A stretch of DNA of 64,000 bases from Penicillus capitatus (GCA_965649825.1 OZ287704.1:48001-112000); one strand, 5' to 3'. Counted from the first letter of the stretch, positions 38,850 to 50,562 are shown. Numbers and translations: made by a program. Notes: generated by a model from the letters alone, not told the origin.

Positions 38850-41211
38850 CCCCTGCACAGGACACGCCACCTTGGTTCGTATACCCACAGTTGCGATAAT
38901 GAAACACCCTCATGACACGGGTGCGGAGACTTCCTGATGATTCCCCCATCTCTTTGTTTTCTTTTGTGTTTTCTCAGCTGACCCTGTGCGTCTTCCCCCT
39001 CTCCCGCCTGTGCGGGAGGATTCTCTAGTTTTTTTTTTGCACTATCTGGCAGAAAAGCTTCCGCCTCGAGGGAAACACTGCCATATGGCCCGGGTTCGTC
39101 GATGAAACTCCCAACTGCCCCATCCCAGGAGTTCCAATAATGTCTCTTACGTTTCTCTTCACAATCCAATAGTGGATTGCCTTCCCCTCCTCGTCCCCGA
39201 ACCGGGTTTCCACGACCGTCTGTCCTGTCACCTCCAACGGCTCTCCGGAAACCCCTGTCAGGGTCGGCTTGTCAGGTCCAGCCGGTTGGACACCCACGCC
39301 CAGTCGTGCGCATGTCTTCTCACTCAGCAAATTCACCTCCGAGCCGGTGTCAATAAGGAACGTACAAGGAGCTATTCCTCCTCCTACGACCAGCTGGCCC
39401 CGAAGTCGTATCCCTTGGCATCTTGGTCAACCACCGCCACTACCGACCCCTGTGTGCCTGGTTCCCCACTGCCCTCTCCCTTCGTAGAGAAGGATATCGA
39501 AGACTCCGCTTGAGAGGCATCCTCTATCAATCTTGCTTCCCAGTCCCACGTCGTCTCGGGTTCTTCTTGTTCACACACCGCCACCGCCTTGGCCCTCGCC
39601 GGTCTCGGGGTCGGTGATCGTCGCCTGTTTTCCACAATCTTGGCCCGATGCTCACACATTCCAGTCGCGCCACACGTTCTGCACTTAGTGCAGTCCCAGC
39701 ACTCGAGTCCCGGATGCCACTTGTTACAGCGCTCGCAATAGCGATGGCGGCCTCCCGTCGGTGGTACCGGTCCTTACCCTGGCCCCGACGAGGGGACGCA
39801 GCCCGTGGGGTCGATACAGGCCCTGGTTGTTTTCCCAAATGTATGAATTCCTTCCGCAACTGATCCAGTTGCTGTTGGAAGACCGCCTGAATGTCTCTCA
39901 TGGTTTTTGTCTGTGCGTCCTCTCCCGGGCTGGTCTGCTGTTCGCACTTGGCCATGAGGTTCTCCACATGACCGCGAAGCTCTCGCATCTCCCGTTGCTC
40001 CTTCCCCTTCCGTTGGCTCGCCTCCACGGTTTTCCGGAGCTTCTCCACGGTCTTCCGCATCTCTTGAAGTTCAGGGGAGGATCCCTCTGACCCCTCCCCC
40101 TCCGCAGTTTCGAAAACATCATGCTCACGAGCCTAAACATGGGTAGGCCGCCCAACCAGCCGGCGAACCTTCTCATCCCCGCCCATACATCAGCCGCTCG
40201 GAATACGGCAAGCAGAAGGAGGTTGATCACCACCAGCAGGATCGTTATCCCCAACACCGGACCCCAGAAGCCTGCACTGAACAGGCCCGAGGCCCAGTGG
40301 CCTCCAGTGCCATACGGATCCCAAATAAAGCGGTAGACAAGGTGCGCCGTCTGATGGAATAGCTCCCCGACTGTCGTCCACCACATTTCAAAGCAGCAAG
40401 AGAGGTCTTGACAACCCTCCACTATGACAACTTTCTTCGGCTCGACTTCCACACTCGGGGGAGGGATTCCCCACAGCCATTCCCACCAAGTCCGCGTTGC
40501 TTCTAGCCTACGCTTCTTGAAGTCGTCCTCAAGCACCTCCTTGATCACTTCCGCCTCCATGCGCTCCCGAAGGCGGTCGTTCTCTTGCTTAACGTCCTGC
40601 AGCTCTTCATTGAGCTGAGCCCGTGCGGTTCTTTCTGTCCGAAGCTCCATTTGCTGTCGCTCGACGGTCTCCCGCAGTTCAGACAGCTGACGGAGGACAT
40701 CTGCCAAAGAGACCCCCGCCTCTTCCAGCTTTTTCTGTGCCTCCTCCTCCGTCCACTCCTTCTTCGTGGAGTCCTTCGTGGAGTTCTCCGTGGCGATCAC
40801 TGTCACGGACGCAACCAAATAAAACAACACGAACAAAACCAACCAGCCTCGCTCCGAAACCACGTTGCCTTCTGGTTGATTTGGTGGACCTCCGTAGCCG
40901 ACTGGGGGGTTTGGCCGGACTTCGTTGTCTAGAGATTGCTCCTGAGGGCCTGCCGAGGGAATATCCGCTGGGTGAAAGACTACTAGGTTAACGCTTCCGT
41001 CTTCAGAGCTGCGTCGAGTGTCGTAGACCCCAACGTTGTGAACCACGCGTTCAGCACCCCTCTGAATGAGCTCTGAGTGTTCGCCTCGACGGAAGCGATT
41101 CAGAGACTCCTGGAACGTTGGATAAAGTGGCGCGTATGGAACAGTCGCTCGTCGAACGTTATGATCGTCGTTGGCCAGAGTGACGAACACAAGGCTAAAC
41201 GTAGACAACAA
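38850..41211 (-). mobile_element. LTR-retroelement-like gag-protease polyprotein (TM, coiled coil, zinc finger, retropepsin), frameshifted, no RT
   Basis: Read across frames: YCERCNKWHPGLEC..CRTCGATGMCEH and FLIDTGSEVNLL..LTGVSGEPL..IIGTPGM (DTG at 39343-39351). Four -1 frame shifts. Confidence 0.75.
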
Positions 41212-41277
41212 AAGGTGTTACAATGACAATGTCAAAGAGACAGACAAATGGCGAATTCTAAGCCTTTTATTCGGTTC

Positions 41278-41406
41278 TGGTGATGTGACTTTCCTAGGTA
41301 GGTGAGTCATCCGAACGCCAGAACCAAAGAAACGCGCCTCAGATGACTCAACCAGCGTCCCCCCACCGCATGGACCTCACGAAAACAAGACAGTAGTCCC
41401 ATCGCC
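41278..41406. repeat. Diverged inverted repeat, left arm (partner 42972-43095)
   Basis: Reverse complement aligns with 42972-43095; two TGA(C/G)TCA sites 41 bp apart in each arm. Confidence 0.75.
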
Positions 41407-41522
41407 GGGCGACACAATCTTCAATAAGAACGTGGGCGGACTTTGCGAAAGTCCTGTGGAATGCGATGGCGGAGATTCGCTTGGTGGCGGGTGCCGACGA
41501 CCATGCCCACCTCTAGGTTGTC

Positions 41523-42203
41523 TTGTTTTCCTACGCTATGAGCCTATGGTTCGACGGGGAGAAGATGGCGGAAGTCGAACATAGAATGTATGTGACTCAA
41601 AAGTTTGTCGAATTCGTTGGAAGCAAGGCCGACGAGGGACCGGTGGAGGAGGCCGACGAGGGACCGGTGGAGGAGGCCGACGAGGGACCGGTGGAGGAGG
41701 CCGACGAGGGACCGGTGGAGGAGGCCGACGAGGGACCGGTGGAGGAGGCCGACGAGGGACCGGTGGAGGAGGCCGACGAGGGACCGGTGGAGGAGGCCGA
41801 CGAGGGACCGGTGGAGGAGGCCGACGAGGGACCGGTGGAGGAGGCCGACGAGGGACCGGTGGAGGAGGCCGACGAGGGACCGGTGGAGGAGGCCGACGAG
41901 GGACCGGTGGAGGAGGTCGACGAGGGACCGGTGGAGGAGGTCGACGAGGGACCGGTGGAGGAGGTCATGGAGGTAGTGGCGGCTTCTAAACGCCGCGGTT
42001 CCAAACGCCTTCGCCGGTACGCCGTGGAGTACAAAGAGGAAGCGGAGAGGGTAAAGAGGGTAAAGGAGGACCATGGCCTTCGCGACACGGCGGCGAGGAG
42101 GGAATGGCTGAGAAAGTTGAAGAAGGCGGACAAGGAAAAGCGTAAGGTTAACGGTGATGGGGAGGGTATATCTAAGGTCACTCGGAAGAGGTCGAGAAAG
42201 TGA
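41523..42203 (+). CDS. Acidic tandem-repeat protein (ADEGPVEE x14) with basic NLS-like C-terminus
   Basis: 226-aa ORF whose non-repeat tail is rich in K/R (KRRGSKRLRR, RKRSRK). Coding status unproven. Confidence 0.45.
   Translation: MFSYAMSLWFDGEKMAEVEHRMYVTQKFVEFVGSKADEGPVEEADEGPVEEADEGPVEEADEGPVEEADEGPVEEADEGPVEEADEGPVEEADEGPVEEADEGPVEEADEGPVEEADEGPVEEADEGPVEEVDEGPVEEVDEGPVEEVMEVVAASKRRGSKRLRRYAVEYKEEAERVKRVKEDHGLRDTAARREWLRKLKKADKEKRKVNGDGEGISKVTRKRSRK
41627..41962. repeat. 24-bp minisatellite, 14 copies
   Basis: Unit ggccgacgagggaccggtggagga; the last two units carry c>t. Confidence 0.97.
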
Positions 42204-42971
42204 GGGACCGTTGAAGCGGTGTGGCGTGAGGACTAGGCTTCGTGGAGGGTTGTATCGGGCCTTCTCTTGTGAAAGGCGGAATTTTGTCGAGATGGGCGGG
42301 CTAGAAGAGAGGAAATGTCAAGGGTCGGCAGAAGAGGATGATGTGGCGATCTAATGCGTAACTTGGTGACATGTGATGAAGGGGAGAATATGGATGGCGA
42401 ATACACGGTGAGGCCAAAGCACGACGACCAAGGTGTGCGAGGAGTGGAGAGCGCGGGGTGATGACGGCTTGGGAACGAGGATTGCCGTGGGGCCACGTTC
42501 CCTGGTTGACTGCGGTTGACCTTGAGTTCTGCGATCGCCTTGGCTCGACGCGCGTTTTTCTTTTCTTGAGTGTCTTCGTAGGAAACGTGGTTTTTTCTTT
42601 CCCGCGCCAGCGCCGTCTTTTCGCTATCGCTGTGTGTCGTAGGCTTGTTGTTTTTTCTTTTCTGTTTTTCCGTTGCAACTGCAAGCACGCTTCGGGTGTT
42701 CTGCGTGGATTCTTTTCTCAAGAGCCGTGGTCCGTAGGATCTCTTGCGTCGGTTTCGCCACGAAGCTCTGCTTCGTCGTCAGCTCGTGGAGGACGTTGGT
42801 GTCCGCGAGGGAGAGTGGTAGACTAGAGGGTGTGTTACTTCGCTCCACGGGGTTTGAATCCGGCGGTAGGTCTAGTGCGGAGGCGCTGGGAATTGGTCTG
42901 GGAGATGCGGGAACGGAAGTGTGGTCGGACGGTTAGATCGCCAAGGGACAGGTGTCGCCAAGATCTGGCTT

Positions 42972-43095
42972 GGCGATGTGACTGCCTCGATTTCGATGGG
43001 TCCATGTTCTGGGGGTGCAGGTTGAGTCACTTGAGGCCATTTTCTCTGGTTCTGGCGCAAGGATGACTCACCTGCATAGGCATGTCACGTCGCCA
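42972..43095. repeat. Diverged inverted repeat, right arm
   Basis: See left arm. Confidence 0.75.
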
Positions 43096-43391
43096 CTGGC
43101 ATATTTAAACGAACAACGCGAACCATGTTTTGCCCTTGCTCTGTAAACGAAAAAAGTCTTCCGCTGTTGGTATTTTCTGTCCGACCCGACCGGCGACAAC
43201 AGGTTTGTGCCGTTTGTCTTGGGATGTCGACAAGACTGGAAAGCGCCCATTCGAGACAAGGTTTCGAATGTTTTGTTTGCTGGGGGCAACGGAAGAGACG
43301 TTGTGTTCTTCGGTCGAATGGTTGAATGGGTTTGTGACGGGCATGAATTGGATAAAGGTATCGGAAGGTGTTCAGGCATCTTTGAAGCCGT

Positions 43392-43638
43392 GGCTGTTTC
43401 TCTGGCAAGACGGGTTCGGCGGCCAAAAGCCGAACCGGCTCCATTCGGACTCATTTCACTCTGGCCGTTTCTCTGGCAAGTTGGGTTCGGCGGCCATAAG
43501 CCGAACCGGCTCCATTCGGACTCATTTCACTCTGGCCGTTTCTCTGGCAAGTTGGGTTCGGCGGCCATAAGCCGAACCGGCTCCATTCGGACTCATTTCA
43601 CTCTCTGGCCGTTTCTCTGGCAAGTTGGGTTCGGCGGT
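43392..43638. repeat. 71-bp tandem repeat, about 3.4 copies, each with a hairpin
   Basis: Units start at 43392, 43463, 43534 and 43607; GGTTCGGC-N8-GCCGAACC stem in each full unit. Confidence 0.93.
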
Positions 43639-44947
43639 GTGACGAGTCCTGAACGGCCAGACAAAATATTACAGGGATCGTGCATCATTCGGTCCATTAA
43701 TCGCCCCACAACGGCTGGAAACGTCCTCTCTCGGTGGAACCTGCCTCTTGTTCGATTACGGTGATCGGATAGACGAAGAGAGGAATCACTTCCGGATCCG
43801 GTACCACGTTCACAGCAATCGATCGGTATCGTTTCATCTGGCGGCATATCAATTCCTGTCGGCGCCTAAAGGCGCGAGGACGTATCTGCAGAGCTCGACT
43901 AACTCAATAGCTTGTCAAGGGATGAAGCGGGATGGCTCAAAGTGCCGAGAGTCGGATATTGACACGACTGTCGTCTTCGCGCTCTTTCGCGTCTACTGTC
44001 TGAGAGACGCACTAAACAAAGAGACGACGCATATATTAGATTAGAGTCATACGCACGAAACTCCTCGTCGGACACAAAGAGCAGACGTCTTGTGTCATTC
44101 TCTTCTTCTCCGTCGAACTCTGGATGCAGACCACTCACTCTAAACACATCAGCGCGATTGAGTCGCTCAGCCATCTATCCAGGGATACTGTTTGCGGTAT
44201 AGTGCGTCCAGACAGGAGATTCGTTCCGTAGACGCAAAGAGACTCGTCTTCAGTCAGCGTAAAGTTTAGCGGCACATCCGCTCGGAGAAATGATTCTGTA
44301 TAAAATGAATCTAAGGAACTTCAGAGCAACGACGGCTGATTCCTTAACCTTAGAATAGGACGAAGCATGAGTTTGGTTCACTGCACATCTGTTCTACAAC
44401 TTCATGTCACAGAACAGCCCTCCGATCAGAAATGCAGGGAGGGTCATAGGTTTACCAAACCACAAAACAAGAAAAGAGAATGGCGTCACGTCATGCATCA
44501 CACATGAGCTGCCTGGCAGCTTGTGAGGGCATTCGGACAATCCATGAGAGAGATATGCATATGCCGCACTGAACGTGTCTCGACAGGCGTCTGATTCCAA
44601 GGGCTGGTTCGTCAGATGGATATCGACTACGCGATTCTGGAACCTCGCCTGTGATCGACTAAAAAAGTTAGCAGTGCAGGTAATATACGCTGCACGGTCA
44701 AAGCTTTAAATTCAAAGCTGTGTAGCGAGTTCTGCCAGGCGCAGTTTAGCAGCAGCGATTCAGACAACGCGTTTGCCTTAAGATCTGCACGAAGTCGGTC
44801 AACACAAGAGCCTTGTGGCAGGCATCTTTTAATGGAGGCTTTATACTGAACCTCTTGTTTTCTCCACTGCAAACGCTTCTCAATGTTTAGACAAACAGAC
44901 ACAAATGGATTTGAAAATTGAATAGAAAGACAACTGAAAGAATGCAA

Positions 44948-47900
44948 TCAGGGCTTCAACAGATCCTCGAGAGTTGAACGAATCTCTGCGGTGCAGGTGG
45001 ATGTCGAGACACAGATGACGTCCAATGGCGTCTTGCCGCTCTTTCCTTCTATTGTTTTCGAGGCTCCGTGAGCCAAAAGAATCTGAAACCGGGGTGTCAA
45101 ACAAAGAGGTAACAACCTGTTTACCTTGACAATCTCGACGTGTCCCTTGCGCGAGGCCCAATGAAGCGATGTGAAGCCAGAACGGTCAGCGACATTGACT
45201 CCGGCTTTGTATTCCAAAAAAATCTGTTGATAGACGATTCGAAACTACCCATACAAGCGGATTCTGTGGTCACCTCGACGACATCAACATATCCGTTGCC
45301 TGCTGCCAACATCAGCGGCGTTTTCTCGTTTTGGGTGACATCGACGTGGGCTCCACCGTCCAGAAGAACCTATGGCTCATTCGCCGTCAGCATCGTCTCG
45401 ACGACGGAAGTCCGATAGCTATACCTTGGCGATATCGGCGTACCCGAGATTCGCCGCCGTGTGGAGAGCCGTCCACATAGTACTGGACGCAAGGTTTACA
45501 TCAATTCCGGCATCCACCAGAATCTACAGAGCAATCACTTGCGAGACACCGAAGCTAAACGCTTACCTTCAGGATCTCGAGCTGCTCAGATCTAACCGCG
45601 CTGTAAAGAAGATTCCACTCTCCTATGCGCAAGCTGGCGCCGGCTTCCAGCAGAACCTGTCGGTCTATACGTTAAAACAGCTCATGTAAGCGGATGTTGC
45701 CGTCACCTCGACGACGTCGACGTGTCCCTTGGCCACTGCAAACATTAGCGGCGTTTTCTCGTTTTGGATGACGTCGACGTGAGCTCCACCGCCCAGAAGA
45801 ATCTATCGCTCATTCGCCGTCGTCTCGATGGCGGCGGTCCGATGATTTACCTTGGCGACATCGGCGTACCCGAGGTTCGCCGCTGCGTGAAGAGCAGCCC
45901 ATCCGTTTTTGTCGGTCAGGTTTACGTTTATTCCGGCATCCACCAAAATCTGCAGAGCGATCACTATGCGAGACACCGAAGCTAAACGCTTACCTTCAGG
46001 ATCTCGAGCTGCTCAGATCTAACCGCGCTGTAAAGAAGATTCCACTCTCCTATGCGCAAGCTGGCGCCGGCTTCCAGCAGAACCTGTCGGTCTATACGTT
46101 AAAACAGCTCACGTAAGGGGATGTTGCCGTCACCTCGACGACGTCGACGTGTCCCTTGGCCACTGCAAACATTAGCGGCGTTTTCTCGTTTTGGATGACG
46201 TCGACGTGGGCTCCACCGTCCAGAAGAACCTATGGCTCATTCGCCGTCAGCATCGTCTCGACGACGCGAGTCCGATAGCTGTACCTTGGCGATATCGGCG
46301 TACCCAAGGTTCGCCGCTGCGTGGAGAGCAGCCCATCCATTTTTGTCGGTCAGGTTTACATTAATTCCGGCATCCACCAGAATCTGCAGAGAGATTGCTA
46401 AGCGAAACACGCGTGAGGCGGAAGAGTTACCTTCAGGCAGTCGAGCTTCCTGGACCTGATGGTGTTGTAAAGAAGATTCCACTCTCCTATGCGCAAGCTG
46501 GCGCCGGCTTCCAGCAGAACCTGTCGGTCCATGTGTCTGTGTCGCTCACGTAAGGGGATGTTGCGGTCACCTCGACGACGTCGACGTGTCCCTTGGCCAC
46601 TGCAAACATTAGCGGCGTTTTCTCGTTTTGGATGACGTCGACGTGAGCTCCACCGCCCAGAAGAATCTATCGCTCATTCGCCGTCGTCTTGACGACAGGA
46701 CTCCGATGACTTACTTACCTTGGCGACATCGGCGTACCCGAGGTTTGCCGCTGCGTGGAGAGCCGTCCATCCATTTTTGTCGGTCAGGTTTACATCAATT
46801 CCGGCATCCACCAGAATCTACAGAGCGATCACTTGCGAGACACGCGAAGCTGAACGCTTACCTTCAGAATCTCGAGCTGCTCAGATCTAACCGCGCTGTA
46901 AAGAAGATTCCACTCTCCTATGCGCAAGCTGGCGCCGGCTTCCAGCAGAACCTGTCGGTCCATGTATCTGTGCAGCTCATTCATGTAAGCGGATGCTGCG
47001 GTCACCTCGACGACATCGACGTGTCCTTTGGATACTGCAAACATTAGCGGCGTTTTCTCGTTTTGGATGACATCGACGTGAGCTCCACCGTCCAGAAGAA
47101 TCTATCGCTCATTCGCCGTCGTCTTGACGACAGGACTCCGATGATTTACCTTGGCGACATCGGCGTACCCGAGGTTCGCCGCTGCGTGAAGAGCAGCCCA
47201 TCCGTTTTTGTCGGTCAGGTTTACGTTTATTCCGGCATCCACCAAAATCTGCAGAGCGATCACTATGCGAGACACGCGAAGCAAAACGCTTACCTTCAGG
47301 ATCTCGAGCTGCTCAGATCTAACCGCGCTGTAAAGAAGATTCCACTCTCCTATGCGCAAGCTGGCGCCGGCTTCCAGCAGAACCTGTCGGTCTATACGTT
47401 AAAACAGCTCATGTAAGCGGATGTTGCCGTCACCTCGACGACGTCGACGTGTCCCTTGGCCACTGCAAACATCAGCGGCGTTTTCTCGTTTTGGGTGACG
47501 TCGACGTGGGCTCCACCGTCCAGAAGAACCTATGGCTCATTCGCCGTCAGCATCGTCTCGACGACGGGAGTCCGATAGCTGTACCTTGGCGATATCGGCG
47601 TACCCGAGGTTTGCCGCCGTGTGGAGAGCCGTCCACATAGTACTGGACGCACGGTTTACGTCGATGCCGCCATCCACCAGAATCTATCAAGCGATTGATG
47701 AGCGAAATATGCGTAGCCGAACGCTTACCTGCAGGCAGTCGAGCTTCCTTGACCTAACGGTGTTGTAAAGAAGATTCCACTCTTTTATATGTATGTCAGC
47801 TCCATTATTGAGGAGGACCTATATTTCGCCACGTCATTCTCACGCCGCAGAGAGAGATCGTCGTTGTTCGATCACCTTCAATGCTGCGGCGTGTCCATTA

Positions 47901-49747
47901 ACTGCGGCTTTGTAAACCACTGTCGTTCCGTTTTTCTGCCGAGAATCGACATTGGCGCCGGCTTTCAACAGAACCTGTTGAAAGACCAATGATGTGACAG
48001 AGCAAGCGACTGTATGTGAACGTCACCTCAATAATCTCGACATATCCAAGAAACGCTGCCACGTGAAGCGGAGTTTCACCATCGGCAGGTGCAGCTTCCG
48101 GGCGCGCGCCCATATCGATGAGGACCTTGAGTCAACAACAGTCCTCGAGATCAATAGACGCGTTTGACAGCAAACGCGGCGTAGTTTATTGATTGCTGAA
48201 CAGGCATACATATGCGTAACGCATGAACGCTCAACCGTTTTAATGTGACAAGATGCAGCACAGTCGATATCACGTCGCATACCTCGGTGCACTCAAGGGC
48301 GTCGTTAGCAGCGGCCCAGTGCAAGAGTGTGGAGCCTGTCTGCAATGGGTAACCCTCCACAGTAGCGCTCTCATCAAACTTACTGTCGACTTCCAAGCCA
48401 GCCAATACAAGTGCCCTGGCATCCATCGCATCATCTGCTTGAATTGCAGACTTCATCTTCTATTCCGACACAACAAACGAATACACCGAGTTTCGTTTCG
48501 GCGAGACTTACGGCAAGCATCTCATACGGCGACAGCAGCTCGTACTCTTTACGCCGTTTAGTCAATTCCTTCGTTTCTTTGCCTCGACGCTGCAGTCACG
48601 CGGTCATGGTGTCGGCGAAGAGTATTCGCCAAATCTTCGCTCACCTTTGATCGACTTTCGATTACTTCTTCGATCCAGTCGAGAAAGTAATCGACGTTTG
48701 TGTAGATAGCGGGTTCATACCCACTGCACTGTTCGGATTCGTCTGCCGCGTATCCGTAGGACGTGATTCCGACGATCAAGTCCAGACTCGGATCTCCCTT
48801 TTCGATGTATCTCTTCGGAGAATCGGCCAACAGCAATGGACCACCCGAATCGCCTGTCGCAGCAGGTCGTGTGTGAATGGTAGATACACGACGCGGAAAC
48901 GACACGACACATTACCTTTACATGTGTCTTCGCCCAGACCGCCGGCACATATCCAGCTGCCCGCGTCCGTCACATTGGGTGGCACTTCACAGTGTTTCTG
49001 ATCGACGATGGCCAACCGATCGGTAACGCGCAGCGTCTTCGCGACAGCAGCAGATTCGGTCTTGCCCCATCCCGCGGCCGCCATATAGTCTCCAGCCGTA
49101 ATGGTGATATTGCCCGATCCCAGACGCGGTCGCGTCAGACCCTTTGCCTTTTTGTCCAACTTCAGCAGGGCGATGTCGTATCCGTCTCCCACATCGCCTG
49201 TAAACTTGGGGTGGACGTGTCCCTCGACGACATCAAACACCTAAAAGAATACCGACGTGCGGCATCGCAAACGGAGCTCGTCTGTCACTCGCCTTATCCT
49301 GATCTATTTCGTCGACTTTGTGGACGCCACAGTGGACGACGGGGGATAACCCGACCGACCCTTCGATTCGGGTGTCTACGCAGTGTGCCGCCGTCAGAAT
49401 CCAGTCACGTCGGAAGAGCGTCGAGCCGCACACGTGCTCTCGACTGCCGCGCCTGCGCAAGCTGCACATGTAAGGAAAACGCCCCGGTGGCGCCTTCTTT
49501 CCCGCCTGCCCATCATTTCGGTCGGACGAACAAACAAACGAACATGTGAGAAAGGCATCGTCGTGCCGTTTACCACGATTTTTTGGTAGATGATAGAGTT
49601 GTGAAAGTCGCGTTGGCCGTTTTCTGCCAAGCACAGAGGTTTCTTAGATGTGCAAGAACGCTTCGCATTCTTCCTACCGTGGCTACAGGAACACGACGGT
49701 AGTGCGAACAATAACATGCACACCGCCAGGTAAAGACGCGTCGCCAT
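44948..49747 (-). CDS. Predicted secreted trypsin-like serine protease fused to ~23 ankyrin repeats
   Basis: Signal peptide MATRLYLAVCMLLFALPSCSC; TAAHC, YDIALL, EDTCK|GDSGGP; in-frame splice path through a 78-nt linker exon (48512-48589) into ankyrin exons; stop at 44948. Confidence 0.75.
45280..47820. repeat. ~430-bp tandem unit x6 (three ankyrin exons plus three introns)
   Basis: Recurring ttaccttcagg/aaagaagattccactctcc block near 45562, 45989, 46427, 46858, 47289 and 47725. Confidence 0.95.
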
Positions 49748-50562
49748 CGCTTTCTTCGAGCAGTGCGACTGAGAAACTCACGCCGAACGTGCGAACATGT
49801 TCACCGACGCGGAATGCGAGTTTAATGCCTCTGGAGCTGTCTTGTGGCGAGATGGTCACATGATGACTTGGCTGCATTTTGTACAGCAGAGAAGTGTATC
49901 CGTCGAGTGGTATGCGATCCGCAAGCCGAAAAATGTTTCCCTGTCTGCTGAACGTTCTCGAAAAACCTCTGCGAAGCTCCATGCGTCTGTCCGTATCCCT
50001 GTTGTCCTAAGAGAGACGACAGCGCGTCCGTAGAGAGTGAGGAATGACATCGTTTTGATCGAAGCCTTCTATCCACTGAGACGCGCAAAGAGGCGAGAGG
50101 ACGCAGACATCTTCCCTCCTGCGATAGAGGCGTCGAGCTTCGCGACCTCACATAAGAGATAGCGCAGGAAGATGGACGACCTGCTACGGAGATTAAGAGC
50201 TAACTAAGGCCACCACTGTCGTCTTTCGCCCTCTGCCGCGTCAGATATATACCTTGTCAGAGGGTTTCCCTCTTAACTGCCGACACTTGGAATGAGGTTC
50301 TAGCCAATGCCGATGTGCCGCGACAAGCATCGTTGTTTTCGTTGACATCGAGATGATCGACTGTCTGACGCGACCTTCTGGCAAAACTCTCTTGCGCGTT
50401 ACAACAGCTTACTTTTATTCCGCTGCGTTCCCGAACAGCGAAAGTTAGATCTCCACTGCATCGCGAACAGTCATCCGACGTAAAACGTGTTCTCCTCTCT
50501 CGACGATCTCACTCACAGATCTCGACAGACAAGAAGGAGCGGCTACGAAGGAGAGGCTTTAG

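Noticed and set aside
39100-40100. Programmed -1 ribosomal frameshifting
   Set aside because: No X XXY YYZ heptamers at the shift sites, and four serial shifts are implausible. Indels or assembly errors are more parsimonious.
41544-42181. Repeat ORFs in other frames (RSLVGLLH, SSTGPSSA, RPTRDRWR)
   Set aside because: Expected by-products of a stop-free 24-bp repeat.
41627-43638. Tandem arrays as CRISPR
   Set aside because: Units are contiguous with no unique spacers, there are no cas genes, and the context is eukaryotic.
38850-43700. Complete LTR or DIRS element
   Set aside because: No direct LTR pair, PBS, TSD, RT, integrase or tyrosine recombinase was found.
43750-44900. ORFs between the hairpin array and the ankyrin gene
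   Set aside because: Conflicting strands and no recognisable product.
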